From: Octopus sinensis
Taxonomy: Eukaryota
Length of the DNA stretch: 64,000 bases
Assembly: GCF_006345805.1 (NCBI RefSeq)
Contig: NC_042997.1
Coordinates: forward strand, 125,178,001 to 125,242,000
Reading direction: 5' to 3'
Shown here: positions 53,219 to 64,000 of the stretch, one piece after another
Layout of the letters: every line of letters starts with the position of its first letter
Numbering within the stretch: position 1 is the first letter of the stretch
Translations under genes and position numbers: made by a program
Notes under the pieces: model-generated
What the model was told of the DNA's origin: nothing
Databases searched by the model: none
The model's input: only the letters and a program-made list of their open reading frames with translations

Positions 53219-54419
53219 GGCGCCTATGTGTGTTTGTGCACATATACATGTTTATATGCATGTATGCATTATATACGCATTAGGTACTTATGTGTATTTG
53301 TATTTATATGTGCATATAAGTGTATATGAATGCATCTACGTATAACTTTTTAGTCTATCTTTGTACACACAGACGCCATCAAACGTTGCCAATACATGGA
53401 GTAGAGTGCTCATAGATATGTTTGTAATATTTCAAAAAAGATTTGGATCATAACTGGATTTGTCACTTTTCTTATTGTTCAAAGATGGAACAATCGCAAA
53501 TATCAGAGTTACGGTACAAAAATCGCTAGCTTCATATAGTACACACAAACACACACACACTCACACACACACACAAACATGCCCTCACACAAATACGCAC
53601 AGACACATACACATACACGTACACGCGCAAAAACACTCGCACACACATGATCATATAATATGTATGTGTATTTGTTAAAAGAAAAGCAAAGACAAAGACA
53701 CGGCTATAACAGAAAACAAAACAGCGACAAGGTAAGATAGACAATCATTTCTTACATAAAAGCTAATATCAGCAAGGTTTTATTGGAAAACTATCGGTAC
53801 AAACATCTCAGAAAAACATTTCGAATTCTGCTTTTATTCTATTTTTCCCGGATACTATCCAGGTGTTTTCATAAGTGGAATCATATACACCCTGCAGCAG
53901 ATATTAAATGCACTCGTTGTAAGCCATATTGTTTTAAATTAACTTATATCCTTTTTATTTTCGTATTTCTGTCTGCCTCTCTCTCTCCCCCTTTCTCTAT
54001 CTCTTTCTCTCTCTTCTTCACTTTCTCTCCCTCCATACATATGTGTTGTGTGTGTCGTTGAATATTTATGCTGTAACGCCATTCAATTCTCGTTGCACTT
54101 ATGTATATTTTGCGTAACAGTTGCTTTTATATGGTGTGCATTTTCTGTCTGCATGTGCATGTGTCCGCGTGTGTGAGCGTGTGTGTATGTGTGTAGGAAT
54201 GTATGTATTTATGTATACATATTTATGTATATATTCCTATATATACACACATATATCTACATATATAAATATATATATATATATATACATCCTTATGTAG
54301 GCATATATATACATATGTAAGCATATACGACAATACACATATAACTGTGTGTGTACATATATATAGCGATATAGATGCAGGTATATACGTAGCCAATCAC
54401 AAAGATAGATATATTGATA

Positions 54420-54720
54420 GATAGATAGATACATACATACATATATACATACATACAGGCATACATTTATACATACATACATACATACAAGCATACATAC
54501 ATACATACATACATACATACATCATACATACATACATACATACATACATACATGCATACATGCATACATACATACATACATACATACATACATACATACA
54601 TACCCGCCTACCTGCATGCATACATACATACATACATATATACATACATACATATATACATACATACATATATACATACATACATATATACATACATACA
54701 TATATACATACATACATATT
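54420..54720. repeat. (ACAT)n microsatellite
   Basis: Direct reading. Confidence 0.95.
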
Positions 54721-55950
54721 GTAACGCTGAATAATGAAAAACATATATTCGTGTACCAAACACCTTCTCCAGAAATATCAGAAGAAAAATATAAACACAT
54801 TTACTATAGCTTTGTATAGCAAACAATGATTAGGTGGTTCTTTTTCCTCAAGCTTTCTTATTTCATTATAGCATTAATATGATCATTTTTTCTCGATACA
54901 TTTTCTAAATTCAGCAAATATGAAAAAACAAGCGTATAACATATACGATATCGAAAGAAATATACACACTTCTACATTCATTAAACTTATTCACATACAT
55001 ATATACCCTACATATATGCGTGTACAATATATGTACACGCACCACACTTACACACTCATACATGAAAACGCACACACATATATTTAGAGCGAGAGAGAGT
55101 TAATTGGTACTGTAGTCAATTGATATATAGGTTAAAATTATAGCTAAACCGAAAGCAGCACAAATAACAGTTAACATATATTAATAACAAATCTAAGAAA
55201 AATATAGATATGTTTGATTTTACTAATGTCTTCGTAGGCTAAAACAGTGAAGGACCATCCTTAATTTTCGACGTTGACTGGAGTTTTCCTTAAAGGCAGT
55301 GTCCATCACGTTCTCTGTGTATTAATCGGACATGTAAGTTCTTTCCCGAAAATGAATGAAACTCAGAACGTAGCGACAGACGAAATACTAGTAATCATTC
55401 TGCCAGCTTCCCGCCTTCCGCATTCACAGAATTAATGATAAAAATTCACATTATTTTTTCCACGAATATCTTAATTCAACATCTTTTGTGTCGACACTAT
55501 TGTTGTTTTATATATTTTGTATCGACACTGTTTTTATTTTATTTATTATATACACGTTATATATCCCCGTGTATATCTAGCAATTCACGCAGATTCTGTT
55601 GCAGATTGCAACATTGTCTGTAGGAATATGAATTTCCATCATATTTGAGTTGCTTTGTGCAGATTTCCGTAATTAATTTAATTAGCTACCGGCGTAAGTA
55701 TTAATATTATGCTAATTAAAATTTCCAATTTGCTGATAGAATATTTTGTGGCCTTATACACCTATTAACTGTGTATTTGTCCATGGACTGAGGTGACAGA
55801 ATTAAGCCTCTCTGAACGTTGCCGTTCTAATTGGAATTGAAACTGGGGGCAGATTTATTGCTTCTGTCATAGAAGAATTTCGGATCACATAAACGTTTAC
55901 ATTTGTCAGCATGTATGCAGATGAGATGAAATTCTTTTGATACCCAAATA

Positions 55951-56580
55951 CAGTGATACCTCAAAGTACGAGCTTAATTCGTTCCATGACAGAGCTCGTT
56001 TTATGATTTACTCGTTTTACAAATCAGTTTTCCCCGTTCAAATTAACTAAAATATAATTAATCCGTTCCAGTCCTACAAAATCACCCAAAAATAATTTTT
56101 ATGGGTTTTAAAACAGAAAAGGTGTAGTTACAAGTAAAACGGCAATTATAAAAAAGAGAATGCAAAAGGAATATGTAAACTGGTTTTATTAACAGAATTA
56201 CCTTACAGATGGGACGGTTTCTGCGTGAGGAAGACGGTGGTGGGAGGAGGATTACTGTCTGAAAGGAGATTCACCTTCCATAAGACTTCAGGAAGAACAA
56301 TTTCTGGCGTTTTCTGTCACACTTTGCTTAATTTAGGCTTTTTGGACACATTTTCTTCACTTTTTACATTTGCAGGACGCTTCATTAGAAACATATCAAG
56401 AAAATTCTGCTTCTTCCTGCCTTCCAAATGTTAGGAAAATGCACAAGAGCAGTTTCATACAATGAAACTTGCTCGTACAGCGGATTTTTGCTTGTACTTC
56501 AAGATAAAAATTCGCTCGAGCCTCGGCTCGTGCAGCAAATTACTCGCACAATGTGGCACCCGTACTGCGAGGTTCTACTG
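55951..56580 (-). mobile_element. Internally deleted pogo/Tigger-like DNA transposon
   Basis: Imperfect TIRs CAGTGATACCTCAAAGTACG and (reverse) CAGTAGAACCTCGCAGTACG; minus strand LEGRKKQNFLDMFLMKRP resembles a Tigger transposase C-terminus. Confidence 0.6.
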
Positions 56581-57247
56581 AATATATATTTATACATATA
56601 TACGAGTGGTGATGCCTGTGCATGTGCATGTGTGTTGATAGATAGATAGACAGATAGATAGATATCATTTTATATACAGATTATTCTAATTAAATTTTGT
56701 TTGTATCGACTCTGTTATCATATATCATAGGGAATTGCAAACTATGATCGTACACTGTTTGTTTTGTCATCTATAATCATAGTTAGAATCCTTGCTTCAA
56801 TAGTATGGTCATTTTTTTTACAGGAAGCCACATAAGATCCTATAATTCTCATTCTCTCTCTAACATACCAATGCACTCTTTTAGCTACACAGTTATGCCT
56901 CCGTTTGCTCTTTCCTGTTAGCTTACTGCACTCATTCGATATGTGATTTATACTTTCAAATCATTTCCCACAAATATTACTTTCACTACATAACTGAATT
57001 TTGTCTATTTTTGCTTTTATCAGATACGTCCTAATAGCTTGCTCTTGGACGTCTATAATTAGCGCTTCAGACTCTCGTTTAACGCTTTCGTCTGTGAGTC
57101 ATAGCCAGCGTCCTTTACTTCCGACATCTTCGGTTTATTGTATAAACTGGTCGTTTCTTTACTTCCGACATCTTCGGTTCGTCACATAGATTGACCATTT
57201 CGTTCCAACTACTTGCATCGTTGTTCTTTCTTCCGTTACTTAATTAC

Positions 57248-57345
<98 letters not shown>

Positions 57346-57346
<1 letters not shown>

Positions 57347-57570
57347 GTGTGCCTTGGGTATGTGCTGTGATTTGTTGTGATGCTCTGATGGTTACCGTAT
57401 TGAAAGTGTCTTGCGCAGGATGTGGGCAGTACCCAGTAATGCAATTTTCTGTATGTTATATGTGTTTGTAAGTCCTGGTATTTTTGTTATGTATTTGTCT
57501 GAATATTTTTTTATCATGCCTAATGCACCTACTATGATAGGAATTGTTTCTGTTTTTAGATTCCACATTC
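57346..57570 (-). mobile_element. R4-like 3' fragment, same family as 25106-25482
   Basis: MWNLKTETIPIIVGALG...GTAHILRKTLS; adjacent (TTA)n 57245-57345. Confidence 0.9.
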
Positions 57571-58347
57571 TCTGCTCAGTCACTTTAAATATACCCTTCT
57601 CTACCCAAATGTTAACAACTGTTTTCTATAGCCCCCACCCTTTTTAATTCACTTTCTAAGTAGCACTGCATCACATCCCGTTTTCTTCGCTGGTCCATTT
57701 CATCCTCATTACTGTATTATCTATTGATGCTGTATTAGGATGACAGCTGTGATCAGTCTGCATCGTTACTGAACCACTGCCGAAAGAGAGGCCTTCCCAT
57801 AAAGGTTCAGCTTTATTTTTGCTGTTTCATCCAGAGTTTCTTCGAAAACTCCTGTTTCTCTTAAACTGAGGTAAGGTAACTTTCACCACCATCGTCATCA
57901 CCACTATTATTTTTCGACATCTGAAAGTTTCAAGCAACTTTCTATTGCATCATTTGTTGCACCTTTATGCTGGTGGGGCAGTGTGTTCTGAATTTGGGTG
58001 GGGAGGGGGATATTGTATTCTATCAGCATGTTTTGTTATGGGGTTTGGTTTGAGTCTTCTGTTAAGTTATTGTATTGTGTTGTTTGTGCAGCACATGTTC
58101 TATTCTTCTCTCGAGTAGCGGCCTTCTATGGCACATGCTGTGGGTTTTATTGATTTTGTGGGTTTTATTGATTTTGTGGGTATTTACAGTATGAGTTTAT
58201 TCTTGTGTTTTGGGAGGGGTGTTGCATAGTAGTGTGTATAAATCTTAAATCAACTATTTCATAGAATTTATGATTACCTGCCCTCCGTTCTTTTCCTTTT
58301 AGTTGGTTTGTTATGGGTTCCATTATTATTATTATTATTATTATTAT

Positions 58348-58411
<64 letters not shown>

Positions 58412-58559
58412 CATCCTCCTCCTCATCATCATCACTACTACTACTATTGTTATTATTATTTCCATTGTTGTTATCGTTGTTGTTATTCAACCTGAATTGG
58501 TCTTATTACTGGTAGAAATAACGTGGGTAATGTGTTACTAAAAACACATCTGATTATCT

Positions 58560-58770
58560 TTCCTGTTCCTCAGACGAGGCCCATCAGTAAAGGCGTGACA
58601 GAGCATTCCATTCAATTTCCTTTAACCATTTACCTATATCGTTACTTACTGCTCCTAGCGTAGAAAATATTACTGGTACACCCTTCACATATTTCATTTT
58701 CCATATCCTCGCAATCTGAAATTTAAAGGGGCTATACTCCTTTAGTGTTTCATTTTCTTTCTTCACAAGT
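58560..58770 (-). pseudogene. Decayed R4-like REL C-terminal fragment
   Basis: KEYSPFKFQIARIWKMK..VPVIFSTLGAV parallels KYKDL..EI..MW....IPVIVGALG. Confidence 0.5.
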
Positions 58771-58854
58771 CTGGAATCAAATGATAGATCGATCAGTAAG
58801 CGAATTCGATTTTCCTTTTTTATTAGTTATTATTTTTATTAGTTATTTTATTAG

Positions 58855-58905
58855 TTGAGATCAGAAGCCATGATATCCACTGCCTGGTATTGCATCAAGT
58901 CATTC
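58855..58905. mobile_element. Terminal fragment of the 556-bp element
   Basis: AGATCAGAAGCCATGA..CCACTGCCTGGTA.TGCATCA matches 52384-52423. Confidence 0.7.
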
Positions 58906-58938
58906 ATCGCTGTTATTGTTATTATTATTATTATTATT

Positions 58939-61900
58939 CTATGTTTGACTTTTGCTTTATATTTGTACAAGTTGGCTCCAAGTCTCACCCAGAGACCTCA
59001 AGAGACAACAGGGTTGGAAGTTCATGTTGTTGTTATGCCTAGTGTGCCATATATTTGGAGGGTGGGGTGTTGTACTAATGAATGTCTAAAAAAAAGTTTT
59101 TTTTTTTTTTAAACCGAAAATTATGTTTGTTTTAAACCTTGAGATTAGATAGAAAGTATTTTGCGTAGGATATGAGCAGTTCCCATGAGCACTATCTTTT
59201 GAATTTCTGCCATTTTTGGGTTTCCTGGTATCTGAGTTAGGTAGCTATCAACCCCTTTTGCTATCATTCCCAGGGCACCTATGACAACAGGTATTGTTTT
59301 AGTCTTCAGGTTCCACATTTTGCTGATTTCTATTTCAAGATCTTTATATTTGCTCAATTTTTGGTAGGTCTTGACAGATACGTTTATATCGATTGGGACA
59401 GTCATATCAATGAGAAGGCATGTTCTTTGTTTGAAGTCTTTCAATATGATGTCTGGCCTATTTGCATCTATCTTTCTGTCAGTTTGAATAGTGAAGTTCC
59501 AGAGGAGTGAGATGTGGTCATTTTCAAGCACTGGGGGTGGTTTGTGTTCCCACCAGTTTTTTTCATGGGGCAAATCCAGGTTTTTGCAGATTACCCAGTG
59601 AATATATTGTGCAGCTCTATCGTGCCTGTTGAGATACTCTGTAGGCGCTAGAAGACTGCACTTGGAGACCACATGGTCAATGTTTTCATTTTGTTGCTTG
59701 CATACACGACACGTTGGACTGCTTCTGATCTTTAATATGTTGGCCTGGTAGTTTCTTGTTGGTAGGCATTGATCTTGAGCTGCTATGATAAACCCCTCTG
59801 TTTCAAATTTTAAGCCAGAGGCCATTAGCCATTGATGGGTCAGGGCTTTGTCAACATCTGCTTTATTTGCTCTCTTTGGGTATTTGCCATAGAGAGGTTT
59901 TTCTTGCTATTTATCATTCAGAATATCTAAGGCCGCAGATTTAGCACGGGTTTTCATGCGCTTAGCTTTTTCTGTGCCTGTTTCTTGTATGTCTATCTCT
60001 AATTCCGAAATTTGTTGTATTCGGAATTCACTTAGATATTCCTTTGCCTGTTTTGTTACTGAGTATGATGCTTTCTTGTTTTCATGTTTTGAGACAAGTT
60101 TTAACATCCAGTCCTCAGAGTTTTTCAGGTAGGTGTCTAGGCCAATTGTAGCAATCTTCATTGTTATTGCCAGTTGTAAAAGTCCACGGCCTCCCTCTTT
60201 TCTTGGCAGATAGAGTCGTTCTGTATCTGCCTTATGGTGGTGCATTCTATGCATTGTCAACAGTTTTCGTATTTTTCTGTCAAGGTTACATATTTCAGTA
60301 ATTGACCAGTTAACGATATTGAAACTGTAAGTCACGACTGGTATGGCTAATGCATTGATCGCTTCGATCCTGTTTCTCGCATTCAGCTCTGTCTTGAGTA
60401 TTGCTCTTACTCTGCGATAACATTCTCTCCTGATCCTTTCCTTCATCTCTGAATGCCTTATTCCTTCTCCTTCAATTACCCCTAGATACTTGTAGTTCTC
60501 TGCTGGGTCTAATTCTTTTATGACATTCTGCTGGTCAAGGTTAACGTTAGATGTTTCTGTCATTTTCCCTTTGATAAAGGTAGCTTTTGCGCACTTATCG
60601 AGGCCAAATTGCATTCTGATGTCATCGCTGAATTGTTTGACAATCGCTAGTAAGCCCTTGAGTTGTTGGTCATTTTTTGCAAAGAGCTTTAAATCATCCA
60701 TGTAAATGAGATGATTTATATTTTTATCAAACATTTTATATCCGTACTGCGCGTCATTGAGCAGTTTTGAGAGAGGTATTAAGGCTAAACAGAAGAGGAG
60801 CGGTGATAGTGAGTCACCCTGGAAAATGCCACAGGAAATTTTTACATCACCAGCATTTAGAGATTCATTGTCACTGTTCAAAGTTAGTGTGGTTCTCCAT
60901 GATCTCATACTTACAGACAAAAAGTTTCGCAGAGCAGGTGCTATCTTATACATTTCTAGGCATTTATTAATCCAGCTATGTGGTAGGCTATCAAAAGCCT
61001 TTTTATAGTCTATTCAGGCTATTGATAAGTTTTTGTGTCGTTTGTGACAATCTTCTAAGATCATCTTATTGATGAGTAGTTGATCTTTACAACCGTAGGA
61101 TCCACATTTACATCCTTTCTGTTCATTAGGGAATATGCTGCTGTCTGTCAAAAAACTATAGGTATATTCCGTCAGGACAGATGTTAGTGTTTTATACATA
61201 GTTGTTAAGCAGGTTATGGGTCTATAGTTTTTGGGTTCATTTGTTTCTTCACTTTTTGGAAGCAGGAATGTTAACCCATTAACTAGCCAAGGAGGCATCC
61301 TACTAGGGTGTTGCAAAACATCATTGTAAAGTTCTGTTAGCAGTTCATGGCTCTCTGGGAAGGCATTCAACCAAAAGTTAGGGATTTTATCCTTTCCTGG
61401 AGACTTCCATTTGCTTGACCTCCTGAGAGCAGATCTTATATCTTCTACCTTGACACCCTCCCACTTTTGCTCTTCTAAGGAGTCCAGTTCTTTAGATATT
61501 CTATCAATCCAGGGGGCCTTTTCGCTGTGTGTTTTTTCTTCTGCCCAAATTTTATTCCAAAATCCCTGCACTTCTTCTTTTGATGGTACAGACTTTACAG
61601 TAACTGTTGTTTTTCCTATCTTCCTGTAAAAATTTTTGGGGTTATTTTTTAACATGTTGTTGTCCCTGAAGAATCTAATACGCTTTTCATACCTCGCTAT
61701 GCGGGCGGCTTTAGCAGATACCTTTTGCTTGATGGTGTCTATGGTGGCATCAATATCAAGTATAGTTTTCATATTATATTTTTTCATTAGTTTTTGGGTT
61801 TCAGCAGGTTTGGTAGTCTTATGAACCTTAAGGTTTTTCAAATATTCAATGTCAGATCTAAATAGTTTAATTTGTTGTTGCAAACGCTCTTGCCAAGAAG

Positions 61901-62783
61901 GCTTTTTGTGGAAATGTTGCCGTTTTCTAATCTTTTCACCACATAGGATCGTTGAGATTTTTGCAGATGCATAGTATAGGTGGTTGAGATCTGTGATATC
62001 AACATCATTAGCTGAAATTATATCCTTAAGTGCAAGCCGGATTTTACCAATTATTTTCATGTTTTGGTTAGATTTGTGGATTTTTAGGGAGTGTATCACG
62101 TTCATCCATACTGGTTTCTTTAATTTTCAGCCATTCAATCATGATTTGACTTTTTAGCTCATGTAGTTCTGTCGGGTCAATACTTGTGTGACTTTCTTCA
62201 TCTATTTGATGTTCATCTGTCTTAGTGTTTATATTTGGTTCAGGGAGTATTTCACTTTGCCTATCACTTATACTAACTCTTTCAATCCTTACTTCGTTTT
62301 TATTAGCTCTGAGCTGGTCTATAATTATTTCCTCTGTATTAGCTTCTTTAGCTGCAGCTTCGTTCATTCTATCCGTTACTGCTTGTCTAATTTGATCAAT
62401 CTCTACTTCAGTCAGTAATTTTTTTTTTTATAATGTTTCTTCTGACGTTGGCAAGTTTATTACTGTCTATGTAGGGTCTTACTTCAGGGTGTTTCTGTCT
62501 CCAGTTTATGTAGGTTTGTATAGTGTTCGATTTATCTGTGGGGAAATATATAGCATGATAGAAGGCTGCAAGTACTTCTTTATTATCTTCCCTAGTCCAT
62601 TTTTCCTTCTTTTTCTTTTGAGTGTTTGGTGACGAGCATGGATGGCCATCTGTTGGAATATTCCAGTTGCGGGGTACGTCCAGCTCCTGTGTGTCGGGAA
62701 GATTTGATCCAGTAGGTGATTTTTCAATCAGACTTTGGTTCAATTTTCGGGTGCGTGGTCTTTTGTAGTCCGCTCGTCGACCA

Positions 62784-62784
<1 letters not shown>
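58939..62784 (-). mobile_element. Near full-length R4/Dong-like retrotransposon, family 2 (slightly 5'-truncated)
   Basis: ORF pieces 62408-62743, 62068-62367, 61014-62105, 59907-60953, 59145-59825: NYRPITCL, GIFQGDSLSP, YMDDLKLF, CRVC..ENIDHVVSKC, RHDR, RPDII, KYKDL; (TAA)n at the 3' end. Confidence 0.92.
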
Positions 62785-62818
<34 letters not shown>

Positions 62819-62849
62819 TATTATTATTATTATTATTATTATTATCATT

Positions 62850-62882
<33 letters not shown>

Positions 62883-62910
62883 TTCATCATCATCATCATC
62901 ATCATCATCA

Positions 62911-63004
62911 TGTGTCGGGAAGATTTGATCCAGTAGGTGATTTTTCAATCAGACTTTGGTTCAATTTTCGGGTGCGTGGTCTTTTGTAGTCCGCTCGTCG
63001 ACCA

Positions 63005-63005
<1 letters not shown>
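62911..63005 (-). repeat. 95-bp duplicate of the 5' end of the family 2 element
   Basis: Matches 62690-62784 by eye. Confidence 0.9.
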
Positions 63006-63054
<49 letters not shown>

Positions 63055-63068
63055 TATCATCATCATCA

Positions 63069-63119
<51 letters not shown>

Positions 63120-63162
63120 TATATTATTATTATTATTATTATTATTATATTATTATTATTAT

Positions 63163-63206
<44 letters not shown>

Positions 63207-63399
63207 ATATTTTCGTATACACAGAACAGATCAGACTGCTGGAAAAGAAAAAATCCTAACATCAGTCTACAACAAGTAACCTTAGATGCCAAGAACCCTC
63301 CTAAGTATCCTAACTGTCCCTAATAACACTGTTCGGTATGTTATATTTTCCTATCCATTTCAATCGAAAAATCAAAAGAAATCTTGTATTTTTCCGGCT

Positions 63400-64000
63400 C
63401 AAGTAATTTTTCTAAATGATGATTATATCATGTACATCTAGCTTCAAATCCCCATTTCTGACAAAGCTTCCAGTGCAAAACATTCGTAACTTAGTCATGC
63501 CCCCATTTCTTATATTCTCCATGAACCAACTTAGGGCATTATGTGCCATTATTTCATCCCATATTCCACATACATATTTTGCAGACACCTCCTCCCCATG
63601 CGCATATTTTCTCAAGTTGTTTATTTGCAGCACTTGATCTTGAGCAACTATAATGAGGCTCACCGTTTTTCTTTTCAATTGCTCTTTCTTCAACCAGCAC
63701 ATACATCCTCATTGGCCTTCCAAAACTGACCAGATAGATGTTTCTCATCAATATCAACCTGCTTAACATGTACTATTTGAATTTCCTTAAGGCTCTTTTT
63801 TTTTCTTTTCCATGCTGTATCACCTATACTTTATTCACTACATTTAATAACTTCTCTGTGCTCTTTTGTAAATAATCTAAGCTGTTTTGTTCCATCGGCA
63901 CACACTCTTTCACGGCAATTAAGCATCTTCTACCCTGGTCTCTCTTCAAGAACAAACGGGTAATATCAACTTTCGAATGGTGGGCTTCATACACTGCCAA
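63400..64000 (-). pseudogene. Decayed R4-like RT/thumb segment, continues beyond the window
   Basis: WLKKEQLKRKTVSLIIVAQDQVL parallels WLRSSGLKAESEGFILAAQDQSL. Confidence 0.65.

Noticed and set aside
59905-61016. Both in-frame stops in R4 family 2 fall on conserved Trp codons (TGG>TAG, TGG>TGA): possible recoding or deaminase editing
   Set aside because: Any G>A change in a TGG codon creates a stop; two events are expected from neutral decay

Overview
AT-rich, microsatellite-dense eukaryotic DNA. The SINE families resemble those of Octopus (recognition, not a database match). I found no host protein-coding exon, rRNA, genuine tRNA gene or CRISPR array. Most short ORFs in the track are translations of (TA)n, (ACAT)n, (GATA)n and (ATT)n repeats. 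The interpretable content is transposon-derived: a near full-length Tx1/L1-clade LINE set in (GATA)n (27872-34030, -); two near full-length R4/Dong-like restriction-like-endonuclease (REL) LINEs (46812-50678 and 58939-62784, -) and several truncated relatives ending in (TAA)n; a second REL family (6015, 38373); CR1-group LINEs (21304-22410 -, 41497-44535 +); mariner and pogo/Tigger relics; MITE-like hairpins; and three tRNA-like SINE families. The most notable theme is several retroelement lineages each associated with a particular microsatellite. Other signals are a ~556-bp non-coding (ATT)n-associated element, a shared SINE/LINE 3' tail, hammerhead-like motifs, palindromes centred on (TA)n, and a telomere-like insertion inside a SINE. 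Coordinates were read by eye and may be off by a few bases.
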